Positions 12,841-25,800 of a stretch of DNA of 64,000 bases are shown here, piece by piece. Position numbers and translations under genes: made by a program. How positions within the stretch are numbered: the stretch's first letter is position 1; each line of letters begins with the position of its first letter. Origin of the DNA: Nemertoderma westbladi (lineage: Eukaryota > Animalia > Xenacoelomorpha). The DNA is taken from assembly GCA_032718475.1 (NCBI GenBank), contig JAUCBJ010007725.1, positions 1 to 64,000 on the forward strand, given 5' to 3'. Under the pieces are notes generated by a model. The model was not told where the DNA came from, did no database searches, and worked only from the letters and a program-made list of their open reading frames with translations.

Positions 12841-13405
12841 GGAACCCTCGTCACTAAGGAACCCACGTCGCTAAAGAAATGATCCCTCGTTGCTAAGGAA
12901 CGTAACTCTCGTTGCTGAGAATCCCTCGTTGCTAAGGAACCCTCGTTGCTAAGGAACCCTCGTTGCTAAGGAACCCTCGTCACGAAGGAACCGTCGTAGC
13001 AAAAGGAATCCTCGTTGCTAAGGAAAGGAACCGTCGTCACTAGGGAACCCTCGTCGCTAATGAACCCTCGTTGCTAAGGAACCCTCGTTGCTAAGGATCC
13101 CTCGTCACAAAGGAACCGTCGTCGCTAAGGAATCCTTGTTGCTAAGGAAATGAACCCTCGTCGCTAAGGAGGCCTCGTCGCTAATGAACTCTCACTGCTA
13201 AGGAACACTCGTTGCTAAGGAACCCTCGTTGCTAAGGAATCCTCGTCGCTAATGAACCCTCGTCGCTAAGGAACCCTCGTCGCTAATGAAACCTCGTCGC
13301 TAATGAATCCTCGTTGCTAAGGAACCCTCGTTGCTAAGGAACCCTCGTTGCTAAGGAACCCTCGTCGCTAAGGAACCTTCGTCACTAAGGAATCCTAATT
13401 GCTAA
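12841..13405. repeat. 17-bp minisatellite (GGAACCCTCGTTGCTAA)n, about 30 degenerate copies
   Basis: Directly visible tandem units with TTG/TCG and AGG/ATG variants. Confidence 0.9.
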
Positions 13406-13559
13406 CCTCGCTATTTCAGTATTTATAATATAATTACAGTCTGACAGTTTTAAAATTAATTTTGGTAGGTTGAGAAGCAATACTGCAATACTAACACTGA
13501 AACTATGAAACTTAGAAACTATGCATTTCTACTATACAACCCAGACAGTCACAGTTTCT

Positions 13560-14120
13560 TATCCCCTCAGGCAAAATTTTCAAATTGTTGTTTCTTTATT
13601 TCACCTACAGCAGAATTTAATGAGGATTACAAATCTGAAAACCGCTTAGTGAGACCTCTTTCAGTTCTCGAGTTGTCACTGTTTTTTCGTATGGCGGTCT
13701 GTCCGTCAAATTGTAAGAAAGACAGAAGACCGACAGACAGACAGACAGAAGACTAGATTCCACCAAAAATTAAAACTGACATCGGAAATGAAATCAGCGA
13801 CCCCGAAAACCCCAGTAATGAACATTTTAGCTCGTTAGTGTGCATCCTTCGTGCCAGAAATAATTAACTAACCAGAACACAAACAGTCACTTTTGGCGGG
13901 AAGGTTTAAACTTTGAAGGGCATTTTCTCGGAATGACATTTTTAATTTTCAAATTACTACTCCTCCGTCATTTTTCAACGAATTTTCTTCTTTTATGGCT
14001 CATTCGAACTAGCTGACCCCGCTAATATATATATATTCAAAATAGATAGGTAATTGCCACCAGCAATTTATAAGGGGGAAAGAGGCTACGCAAGTAGACG
14101 CGTGTGGAGACCACACTTGT
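13560..14120. mobile_element. Possible non-autonomous interspersed repeat with a (CAGA)n microsatellite (DINE/HINE-like)
   Basis: GTCTGTCCGTC and (CAGA)n at ~13697-13750 within non-coding DNA, a pattern seen in Helentron-associated non-autonomous elements. Ends not defined. Confidence 0.3.
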
Positions 14121-15345
14121 TTTTTCTCCCGAGAAACATCGCGCGCAGTATCCATTAATTATTAATTATTATAGTTGGCCCTTAAAAAATATACCATAGA
14201 AATATGTAGTAGTGAATGTTGAAATTTGGTAAAAGATAATAAAGTGTATTGTGCCCACCCACCCGAAAGTAATTCTTATTCGAATCGTAGGTGTCGATTT
14301 TGGTTAAATATATTGATGGACCCTCATTTACTTTTTATAATGAAATCTAGGGCCAAACCTGAATAATATAGATAGAAATAATGATGTAGATATTAATGAT
14401 TTTCAACATGCTGGTTTTTAAATTTCCAAAAAAGACCCAGTAGACCAGGAGATATAGAAATTTTTGGAATGTTCGGAATTTAGCCCGCTAAGACTACTAA
14501 TGTTGTTCAAAGTATCGCGCTTACAATCGCAAGTCTGTTAATTAGCGAAATATATGAAATATTTTAAATCGCGATTTCGACCATGAAGAATTCACTAAAT
14601 TGAAAAAGTTTAAAAGTCAAAAATGTTTATAATTATCGATAATAGGGGGTAGGCGAAATATCAAAATCCAAAAATGGCGGAAAAATTGAAATCATTTTTT
14701 GCATGTACTTTGGGCCCTTTTAAATTCCGAACCGTTGGACCAAATTAAAAACTGATCCAAAAGTCTGGTATACTTCACGTGGCTTCAACTCATTAGCAAT
14801 TGGGATAACAAGTAGTGTTATACATTGCTGAGCAATTAGACATTCGGAAAAAAATTAAATTATCTTTGAATTATTTCATTGCTTATAATTATTATGTTTA
14901 ATTGACTCATACACCGTACCGACATAATCATATAATATATTACTATGGTAATTATTGATAATGTACAAAAAATGTATTTTATGTTGTAGTAACACAAGAT
15001 ATAAGTTGTTAACTGAATATACACTATACATCAATAATTGAATTATTAGAAGTAAAAATGATATAGGCATGTATGATCCGAATTATACAAATAAAAAAGC
15101 CTTAATGCTCAACTAAAAATTTGAGCAGCAACTTTTGTCTCTTGGTTATTGCTCACTACATAACAAATATTTAAAAATAACAGTTCCCACAATAATTATT
15201 ATTCATTAATAATTTATTATATATATAAAAATTTAAATAATAGCACAACTTAGCCGAACTCAATCAATAGTACTGCTTATATCCTTCCAGTCACTGACTA
15301 TTGATAAGACATACTTATGTCTTAACCCTTAACTCATTCAGTAAT

Positions 15346-16100
15346 TCAATGTGCACTGCACATCAGTATAAGGTGCACTGTACCAGTACGAAGTGCACTG
15401 CAACAGTACAAAGAGTACTGTACCAACCAGTATGAAGTATAAAGCACCAGATAAATTGCACTGCACTTGATCAAAATGCACCGCACCAGTGCAAAGTGCA
15501 CTACCCTGTTACTAAGTGCACTAAAATTAAACAGCGCACTGCACCAGTATAAAGTGCACTCCACCATAACGAACTGCACTTCACCAGTGCGACGTGCACT
15601 ACCCAGGTACAAAGTACAATATTTCACCGGTGCAATGTGCACTTCACACCAGTATAAAGTGCACTGCACTGAATCAATATGTACCGCATCCAGTATGAAG
15701 TGTACTGCACTCTATCAAAGTACACCGCACCAGTGCGAAGTGCACTACACTGGTACAAAGTCCACTAATTCACCAGTGCGATGTGTACTACACCGGAACT
15801 AAATGCACTAATTCAACAGCTCACTCTACCAGTATAAAGTGCACTGCACCAGAACGAACTGCACTGCACCAGTGCGACGTGCACTACTCAGATACAAAGT
15901 GCACTCTTTTGCCGGTGCAATGTGCACTTCATACCGGTCAGTATAAAGTGCACTGCACTGGATCAATGTGTACTGCATCCAGTATGAAGTGCAATGCACT
16001 GGATCAATGTGCACTGCACCAGTGCGAAATGATCTGCACAAGTACGAAGTTCACTGCACCAGTGGGAACCTCGGTACGAAGTGCACTAATTCACCATCGC
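15346..16100. repeat. Degenerate ~20-bp minisatellite (AAGTGCACTGCACCAGTA-like) with a ~240-bp higher-order duplication
   Basis: Recurring GTGCAC/TGCACCAGT. The block CGAACTGCACT..CACCAGTGCGACGTGCACTAC occurs at ~15570 and ~15855. Confidence 0.85.
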
Positions 16101-16892
16101 TACTAGACCCTGACGAAAAACATTCAAAATCACCACCACTCGAACAATCGTCATCACTGGAATAACCCCCAGGAATAAGAACAGCGTAGTCAGTTCTTTC
16201 CCTACTGATTGTCCCATCACGGGACACGCAATTATACTCTATTAGCTCAAAGAGTTCAACATCGCCCATTATTATAGGGATAATTATAATGTTACATCCA
16301 AAAAAGGCTGCTTTTCAAAATGTAAATAGCAAATAGATTGTATGATGTTGTGCTTCAACAACAAGACAAATACATATAGCCCTCTGTCTACTCTGCACGA
16401 TTATAATAAAATGTTATACTCAATATTGTCTGCCATTGTCTACAATTTCGAAGGACCAGAGAACCTATACTTTTTTCAATGGTTACCAAAGATGTTTTTG
16501 TATAGATCGGCCCAACATTTTCGTAACCTGAGTAGATGGAACGCTTTAGATAGGTAAGATACTATCCTACATTTCATTGGATGGATCTACCGTGTAGAAT
16601 ATCCAATCAGCTTTCCAATGAGGTATTACAGATTAACTATTGAGCAAAATATCAATGTGTGGAGACCTTTCTAGCAATGTTGTTCCTGAACAACACTAAG
16701 CAGTAAAGGGTTTTAAACAACATGGAGGTCAGTAAATAACTTTCCTTTGCCGGATTTTCAAGGTCGATGAACTTGAGAACATTGCAGGATAAGTTATCTT
16801 TACGACTAAGATTGATTTGGTGTATCTGAATATGTGTCTTTGGGCCTCGACTTGTACCACTCCACCTCAAGTTGAAGTTGCCTTATTTTGTC

Positions 16893-17135
16893 AGATAGGA
16901 GGGAAACTGGACGCAATAAAAATTCATCCCTCTCCAGGGGAAATTGGACGCAAATAACAGTTGTTTACTCTCAAAAATAAAATTGTAGCCTGTTCTATTG
17001 TGTTTAGTTTATTGTTTTGGTTATAATAATGTGCCACTGTAACCTGCTCCTTTCCCTAAATTAAGAATTTAACATTGAATTTAACATAGATTATAATTTG
17101 CCAAGGCGGGTTTTGAGTCGAGTTTCCCCCCTGTC
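16893..17135 (+). repeat. Left copy of a diverged direct repeat containing an inverted solitary satellite core
   Basis: GATAGGAGGGAAACTGG.CGCAATA.AAATTC.TCCCTCTCCAGGGGAAATTGGA..TTTATTGTTTTGGTT..GTGCCACTGTAACCTGCTCCTTT matches 45257-45424. The tail GAATTTAACATTGA..TTTCCCCCCT.TCT matches ~46466-46535. Confidence 0.8.
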
Positions 17136-17494
17136 TTAAATTTGTTTCACACTTACAATTACATTGGAAAAAATATTAAATCGAATCGGTGCAATAGGCT
17201 ACACACTCTGTCTGTTTCCGGTAATAATTCTTAACACCACTAAATCTAAATCCGGTATGGGGGTGGGACTCTGGACGTAACCAACCCATTTCACCCATCA
17301 CTAGGGGAAAATCGAGCATAGATTTAATTCTAAACTATGTAAGAAAAAAACAATCAATACACCAAATTATTGTTAATGTTATTGTCCAACATAACATATA
17401 GGATTACCCCTAAAGCTTTGCAGCTTATTTCCAAGGGGGTCCTTTATGTTACTTGGTTACAAATACAATATTACACTACGCTAACCTAAAACCA

Positions 17495-17705
17495 ATATAA
17501 AACGTAATTACACTATGTACATGTACAACTTTACCGAGAGCGTGACAATGCCCGACTCAACGATAAAGATGTAATGTACATAACAATTTAATATAAACGT
17601 AATTACACTATGTACCATGTACAACTTTACCGAGAGCGTGACAATGCCCAACTCAACGATAAAGATGTAACAATGCACTGGACAATTTATAAAACGTAAT
17701 TACAT
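17495..17705. repeat. Tandem duplication of ~95 bp (2 copies plus a partial)
   Basis: AAACGTAATTACACTATGTAC.ATGTACAACTTTACCGAGAGCGTGACAATGCCC.ACTCAACGATAAAGATGTAA is repeated. Confidence 0.85.
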
Positions 17706-18009
17706 ACAGTACAAATAAAATTATGAATTATAATAGAAAGTTATCTGTAATATAAAAAAAATAGTCAATATGCAGGAAATAAAAATATATTATAAATTAA
17801 TGTAATATAGAAAGTAAAGTTGGGAAGCACAATAAATTCAAACAATCAGGAAAAATACAGAACTATTTTATCGCATAATACCCATAAATTAAAAACACAG
17901 TATGGGTATTATTGGATACGATAGTTTCGGACTTCTGGTCCTCATCAGCTGTATGTATGTTTTAAATCTATTTATTTTCTCTTTTCGTTATATTTTTGGG
18001 TTTACAAAA

Positions 18010-18510
18010 TATTTTATATTTTTTTTGTATTTCGGCACGCATTTTATATTTTTTTTTGTATTTCGGCACGCATTTTATATTTTTTTTGTATTTCGGCACG
18101 CATTTTATATTTTTTTGTATTTCGGCACGCATTTTATATTTTTTTTGTATTTCGGCACGCATTTTATATTTTTTTTGTATTTCGGCACGCATTTTATATT
18201 TTTTTTGTATTTCGGCACGCATTTTATATTTTTTTTGTATTTCGGCACGCATTTTATATTTTTTTTGTATTTCAGCACGCATTTTATATTTTTTTTGTAT
18301 TTCGGCACGCATTTTATATTTTTTTTGTATTTCGGCACGCATTTTATATTTTTTTTGTATTTCGGCACGCATTTTATATTTTTTTTGTATTTCGGCACGC
18401 ATTTTATATTTTTTTTGTATTTCGGCACGCATTTTATATTTTTTTTGTATTTCGGCTCGCATTTTATATTTTTTTTGTATTTCGGCACGCATTTTATATT
18501 TTTTTTGGGT
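18010..18510. repeat. Homogeneous 30-bp minisatellite (ATTTCGGCACGCATTTTATATTTTTTTTGT)n, ~16 copies with a degenerate tail
   Basis: Near-identical tandem units are directly visible. The repetitive ORFs over it are artefacts. Confidence 0.95.
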
Positions 18511-18802
18511 TTACAAAATATTTAATATTTTTTTTTGTATTTCCACACTCATTTTCAACTTTTTTTTGGTTTACAATATATTTTATATTTTTTTTGTTTT
18601 TTCGAAAGTATTTTATATTTTTTTTTGGACTTACAAAATATTTTATATAATTTTTTGTGGTTAACAAAATGTATTGATTTTTTAGTATTTTTTCCTGATA
18701 TATATATATATAATTAAAAAAATAGGACAGGGGCTAATGTATGTATACTAGTAAAAGTACTTAACGTAACATAAAAACAAACAATAAATCTTATATCTCC
18801 TC

Positions 18803-19762
18803 TTATATCTTCCTCTCTTCAATAAATTCATTTACTTTATTGGGCTCTGACGGCCATATATAGGATATATGGGCGTCAGCCTCTCGTGAAATAGTTGACT
18901 CGCCATCCGCCTGTGTGATGTTACCACACTTAAACCATCCTACTACCGACCAACCACATTCTCTGTTGACCCTTTCTGAAATATCTTTCACTGCATCCTT
19001 CAAGGCTGGAACCCCGAAATTTCCCAAAGGTAAAGCCAGCCTTGAAGGATTAATGAAAAGTTTTGAAAGATGGAACGAGAAAAGCCGGTCCTCGGCTTCC
19101 GGAAATCCTGGAATATCTGGATTTACAAACATGCCAGCACACCAGTTGGCAGAACGCCTGGTCTTATAATAACAGGCACATACTGCCTCCTTAGTGCTGG
19201 CACGTTTGTCACAAAGCAGCCCACTACACCTCTCCCCTACAACACACACCCCGGAGATACTGACTTTCACACCCTTGTAACTAAACATATGCGTGTCAGT
19301 ATCGCCAGGGTATTGATTGTAGGGGACGTAGGGAACTTCATAAGCTGGGCCAGGGGTTAGTTCAATAGGGGATCCTGTATGTATTATTGGATTGGACGGA
19401 TGGATTGGGTCATTGCTCATGTATTTACAGTTAAAATATGGGGCAGAAATTGATACTCGTGCTCCAACGTATAGGTCACTTGTAAGTAGTTTCACGGTTG
19501 ATTCTTCGGAGTGGCCCTGTGTTTGAGTTAATATATAACATGTCATGTCACTGTTCATATCACCAATACATAAGAGCCGGTCATATGGCGTCTCAACTAA
19601 GCTCCGTTTCGACCCCCCCTTCTTAGTGATATACGCCATCTTATCTTTCCCACACTTCTTTACGCTAAGTATCCGACCACGCATCTCCTTGTCATCCATT
19701 CCCAGCTTGAATCCAGGAGACATTATCTCCATCAGTGAAACTATCTTGAGAGCTGCTTCCAT
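18803..19762 (-). CDS. Unknown 319-aa protein with a CxxxxC..CxC cluster; candidate accessory gene of the Helitron-like element
   Basis: Uninterrupted, non-repetitive ORF that is more GC-rich than its flanks. A splice acceptor tttacag|G-ATG lies immediately before the start. Motifs YDRLLCIGD, CSGLLCDKR..CACY and GWSVVGWFK. Function not recognised. Confidence 0.75.
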   Translation of the reverse strand: MEAALKIVSLMEIMSPGFKLGMDDKEMRGRILSVKKCGKDKMAYITKKGGSKRSLVETPYDRLLCIGDMNSDMTCYILTQTQGHSEESTVKLLTSDLYVGARVSISAPYFNCKYMSNDPIHPSNPIIHTGSPIELTPGPAYEVPYVPYNQYPGDTDTHMFSYKGVKVSISGVCVVGERCSGLLCDKRASTKEAVCACYYKTRRSANWCAGMFVNPDIPGFPEAEDRLFSFHLSKLFINPSRLALPLGNFGVPALKDAVKDISERVNRECGWSVVGWFKCGNITQADGESTISREADAHISYIWPSEPNKVNEFIEERKI

Positions 19763-19813
19763 CCTGTAAATTTATAAATTAAGTATAATAGAACAAATAA
19801 TGTAAACAAAATG

Positions 19814-22800
19814 TTAGGTTAGTAAAAAATGCAGGTTACTAAAGGAGCAGGTTACAGAGGCATGTAGATAGAACCAAAACAATAAACTGTAGTTAAAATT
19901 TGTTACTACAAGATTATGCAGGTTAGTAAAGGAGCAGGTTACAGAGGCATGTAGATGGAACCAAAACAATAAATCATAGTTAACATGTGTTACTACAAGA
20001 TTATGCAGGTTAGTAAAGGAGCAGGTTACAGAGGCATGTAGATAGAAACAAAACAATAAACTATAGTTAACATGTGTCACTACAAGATTATGCAGGTTAG
20101 TAAAGGAGCAGGTTACAGAGGCATGTAGATAGAACCAAAACAATAAACTATAGTTAACATGTGTTACTACAAGATTATGCCGGTTAGTAAAGGAGCAGTT
20201 TACAGAGGCATGTAGCCAGAACCAAAACTATAAACTATAGTTAACATGTGTTACTAAAAGATTATGAAGGTTAGTAAAGGAGCAGGTTACAGAGGCATGT
20301 AGATAGAACCAAAACAATAAACAATAGTTAACATGTGTTACTACAAGATTATGCAGGTTAGTAAAGGAGCAGGTTACAGAGGCATGTAGATAGAACCAAA
20401 ACAATAAACAATAGTTAACATGTGTTACTACAAGATTATGCAGGTTAGTAAAGGAGCAGGTTACAGAGGCATGTAGAAAGAACCAAAACAATAAACAATA
20501 GTTAACATGTGTTATTACAAGATTATGCAGATTAGTAAAGGAGCAGGTTACAGAGGCATTAGATAGAACCAAAACAATAAACTATAGTTAACATGTGTTA
20601 CTAAAAGATTATGCAGATTAGTAAAGGAGCAGGTTACAGAGGCATGTAGATAGAACCAAAACAATAAACAATAGTTAACATGTGTTACTACAAGATTATG
20701 CAGGTTAGTAAAGGAGCAGGTTACAGAGGCATGTAGATAGAACCAAAACAATAACTATATTTAACATGTGTTACTAAAAGATTATGTAGGTTAGTAAAGG
20801 AGCAGGTTACAGAGGCATTAGATAGAACCAAAACAATAAACAATAGTTAACATGTGTTATTACAAGATTATGCAGGTTAGTAAAGGAGAAGGTTACAGAG
20901 GCATTAGATAGAACCCAAATAATAAACTATAGTTAACATGTGTTACTAAAAGATTATGTAGGTTAGTAAAGGAGCAGGTTACAGAGGCATTAGATAGAAC
21001 CAAAACAATAAACTATAGTTAACATGTGTTATTACAAGATTATGCAGATTAATAAAGGAGCAGGTTACAGAGGCATTAGATAGAACCAAAACAATAAACA
21101 ATAGTTAACATGTGTTATTACAAGATTATGCAGAATAGTAAAGGAGCAGGTTACAGAAGCATGTAGATAGAACCAAAACAATAAACAATAGTTAACATGT
21201 GTTATTACAAGATTATGCAGATTACTAAAGGAGTAGGTTACAGAGGCATGTAGATAGAACCAAAACAATAAACAATAGTTAACATGTGTTATTACAAGAT
21301 TATGCAGATTAGTAAAGGAGCAGGTTACAGAGGCATGTAGATAGAACCAAAACAATAAACAATAGTTAATATGTGTTATTACAAGATTATGCAGAATAGT
21401 AAAGGAGCAGGTTACAGAAGCATGTAGATAGAACCAAAACAATAAACAATAGTTAACATGTGTTATTACAAGATTATGCAGATTAGTAAAGGAGCAGGTT
21501 ACAGAGGCATGTAGATAGAACCAAAACAATAAACAATAGTTAACATGTGTTATTACAAGATTATGCAGATTAGTAAAGGAGCAGGTTACAGAGGCATGTA
21601 GATAGAACCAAAACAATAAACTATAGTTAACATGTGTTATTACAAGATTATGCAGATTAATAAAGGAGCAGGTTACAGAGGCATTAGATAGAACCAAAAC
21701 AATAAACAATAGTTAACATGTGTTATTACAAGATTATGCAGAATAGTAAAGGAGCAGGTTACAGAAGCATGTAGATAGAACCAAAACAATAAACAATAGT
21801 TAACATGTGTTATTACAAGATTATGCAGATTAGTAAAGGAGCAGGTTACAGAGGCATGTAGATAGAACCAAAACAATAAACAATAGTTAACATGTGTTAT
21901 TACAAGATTATGCAGATTAGTAAAGGAGCAGATTACAGAGGCATGTAGATAGAACCAAAACAATAAACTATAGTTAACATGTGTTACTAAAAGATTTTGT
22001 AGGTTAGTAAAGGAGCAGGTTACAGAGGCATTAGATAGAACCAAAACAATAAACTATAGTTAACATGTGTTATTACAAGATTATGCAGATTAATAAAGGA
22101 GCAGGTTACAGAGGCATTAGATAGAACCAAAACAATAAACTATAGTTAACATGTGTTACTAAAAGATTATGCAGATTAGTAAAGGAGCAGGTTACAGAGG
22201 CATGTAGATAGAACCAAAACAATAAACAATAGTTAACATGTGTTACTACAAGATTATGCAGGTTAGTAAAGGAGCAGGTTACAGAGGCATGTAGATAGAA
22301 CCAAAACAATAACTATATTTAACATGTGTTACTAAAAGATTATGTAGGTTAGTAAAGGAGCAGGTTACAGAGGCATTAGATAGAACCAAAACAATAAACA
22401 ATAGTTAACATGTGTTATTACAAGATTATGCAGGTTAGTAAAGGAGAAGGTTACAGAGGCATTAGATAGAACCCAAACAATAAACTATAGTTAACATGTG
22501 TTACTAAAAGATTATGTAGGTTAGTAAAGGAGCAGGTTACAGAGGCATTAGATAGAACCAAAACAATAAACTATAGTTAACATGTGTTATTACAAGATTA
22601 TGCAGATTAATAAAGGAGCAGGTTACAGAGGCATTAGATAGAACCAAAACAATAAACAATAGTTAACATGTGTTATTACAAGATTATGCAGAATAGTAAA
22701 GGAGCAGGTTACAGAAGCATGTAGATAGAACCAAAACAATAAACAATAGTTAACATGTGTTATTACAAGATTATGCAGATTAGTAAAGGAGCAGGTTACA

Positions 22801-25800
22801 GAGGCATGTAGATAGAACCAAAACAATAAACAATAGTTAACATGTGTTATTACAAGATTATGCAGATTAGTAAAGGAGCAGGTTACAGAGGCATGTAGAT
22901 AGAACCAAAACAATAAACAATAGTTAATATGTGTTATTACAAGATTATGCAGATTAGTAAAGGAGCAGGTTACAGAGGCATTAGATAGAACCAAAACAAT
23001 AAACAATAGTTAATATGTGTTATTACAAGATTATGCTGATTATTAAAGGAGCAGGTTACAGAGGCATTAGATAGAACCAAAACAATAAACAATAGTTAAC
23101 ATGTGTTACTACAAGATTATGCAGGTTAGTAAAGGAGCAGGTTACAGAGGCATGTAGATAGAACCAAAACAATAAACAATAGTTAATATGTGTTATTACA
23201 AGATTATGCAGATTAGTAAAGGAGCAGGTTACAGAGGCAATAGATAGAACCAAAACAATAAACAATAGTTAACATGTGTTACTACAAGATTATGCAGGTT
23301 AGTAAAGGAGCAGGTTAAAGAGGCATTAGATAGAACCAAAACAATAAACAATAGTTAATATGTGTTATTACAAGATCATGCAGATTAGTAAAGGAGCAGG
23401 TTACAGAGGCATTAGATAGAACCAAAACAATAAACAATAGTTAACATGTGTCACTACAAGATTATGCAGGTTAGTAAAGGAGCAGGTTACAGAGGCAGGT
23501 AGATAGAACCAAAACAATAAACAATAGTTAACATGTGTTACTACAAGATTATACAGGTTAGTAAAGGAGCAGGTTACAGAGGCAGGTAGATAGAACCAAA
23601 ACAATAAACTATAATTAACATGTGTTACTACAAGATTATGCAGGTTAGTAAAGGAGCAGGTTACAGAGGTATGTAGATAGAACCAAAACAATAAACAATA
23701 GTTAACATGTGTTATTACAAGATTATGCAGATTAGTAAAGGAGCAGGTTACAGAGGCATGTAGATAGAACCAAAACAATAAACAATAGTTAATATGTGTT
23801 ATTACAAGATTATGCAGATTAGTAAAGGAGCAGGTTACAGAGGCATGTAGATAGAACCAAAACAATAAACAATAGTTAACATGTGTTATTACAAGATTAT
23901 GCAGATTAGTAAAGGAGCAGGTTACAGAGGCATGTAGATAGAACCAGAACAATAAACAATAGTTAATATGTGTTATTACAAGATTATGCAGATTAGTAAA
24001 GGAGCAGGTTACAGAGGCATTAGATAGAACCAAAACAATAAACAATAGTTAATATGTGTTATTACAAGATTATGCTGATTAGTAAAGGAGCAGGTTACAG
24101 AGGCATTAGATAGAACCAAAACAATAAACAATAGTTAACATGTGTTACTACAAGATAATGCAGGTTAGTAAAGGAGCAGGTTACAGAGGCATGTAGATAG
24201 AACCAAAACAATAAACAATAGTTAACATGTGTTATTACAAGATTATGCAGATTAGTAAAGGAGCAGGTTACAGAGGCATGTAGATAGAACCAAAACAATA
24301 AACAATAGTTAATATGTATTATTACAAGATTATGCTGATTAGTAAAGGAGCAGGTTACAGAGGCATTAGATAGAACCAAAACAATAAACAATAGTTAATA
24401 TGTGTTATTACAAGATTATGCTGATTAGTAAAGGAGCAGGTTACAGAGGCATTAGATAGAACCAAAACAATAAACAATAGTTAATATGTGTTATTACAAG
24501 ATTATGCTGATTAGTAAAGGAGCAGGTTACAGAGGCATTAGATAGAACCAAAACAATAAACAATAGTTAACATGTGTTACTACAAGATTATGCAGGTTAG
24601 TAAAGGAGCAGGTTACAGAGGCATGTAGATAGAACCAAAACAATAAACAATAGTTAATATGTGTTATTACAAGATTATGCAGATTAGTAAAGGAGCAGGT
24701 TACAGAGGCATTAGATAGAACCAAAACAATAAACAATAGTTAATATGTGTTACTAAAAGATTATGCAGGTTAGTAAAGGAGCAGGTTACAGAGGCATTAG
24801 ATAGAACCAAAACAATAAACAATAGTTAACATGTGTTACTACAAGATTATGCAGGTTAGTAAAGGAGCAGGTTACAGAGGCATTAGATAGAACCAAAACA
24901 ATAAACAATAGTTAATATGTGTTATTACAAGATCATGTAGATTAGTAAAGGAGCAGGTTACAGAGGCATTAGATAGAACCAAAACAATAAACAATAGTTA
25001 ACATGTGTTACTACAAGATTATGCAGGTTAGTAAAGGAGCAGGTTACAGAGGCATTAGATAGAACCAAAACAATAAACAATAGTTAATATGTGTTATTAC
25101 AAGATCATGCAGATTAGTAAAGGAGCAGGTTACAGAGGCATTAGATAGAACCAAAACAATAAACAATAGTTAACATGTGTTACTACAAGATTATGCAGGT
25201 TAGTAAAGGAGCAGGTTACAGAGGCAGGTAGATAGAACCAAAACAATAAACAATAGTTAACATGTGTTACTACAAGATTATGCAGGTTAGTAAAGGAGCA
25301 GGTTACAGAGGCAAGTAGATAGAACCAAAACAATAAACTATAATTAACATGTGTTACTACAAGATTATGCAGGTTAGTAAAGGAGCAGGTTACAGAGGCA
25401 TGTAGATAGAACCAAAACAATAAACAATAGTTAACATGTGTTACTACAAGAATATGCAGGTTAGTAAAGGAGCAGTTTACAGAGGCAGATAGATAGAACC
25501 AAAACAATAAAGTATAATTAACATGAGTTACTACAAGATTATGCAGGTTAGTAAAGGAGCAGGTTACAGAGGCATGTAGGTAGAACCAAAACAATAAACA
25601 ATAGTTAACATGTGTTACTAAAAGATTATGTAGGTTAGTAAAGGAGCAGGTTACAGAGGCATTAGATAGAACCAAAACAATAAACAATAGTTAACATGTG
25701 TTATTACAAGATTATGCAGATTAGTAAAGGAGCAGGTTACAGAGGCATGTAGATAGAACCAAAACAATAAACAATAGTTAATATGTGTTATTACAAGATT

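Noticed and set aside
15346-16269. Cys/His/Thr-rich short ORFs
   Set aside because: These are translations of the degenerate GTGCAC minisatellite, open on both strands with no domain signal.
14130-16880. Possible DNA-transposon remnants and a possible 5' end of the giant element
   Set aside because: No TIR/TSD pair, coding remnant or distinctive 5' TC terminus could be fixed by eye.
17007-17053. Resemblance to a V(D)J RSS (TACAGTG-12/13-ACCAAAACA vs CACAGTG-12-ACAAAAACC)
   Set aside because: It lacks the essential CAC, the array version is TACAGAG, there is no 23-spacer partner, and no RAG/Transib gene is present. Conservation also extends well beyond a heptamer and nonamer.
17902-18664. 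Repetitive ORFs of 127-222 aa on both strands
   Set aside because: These are translations of the 30-bp minisatellite.
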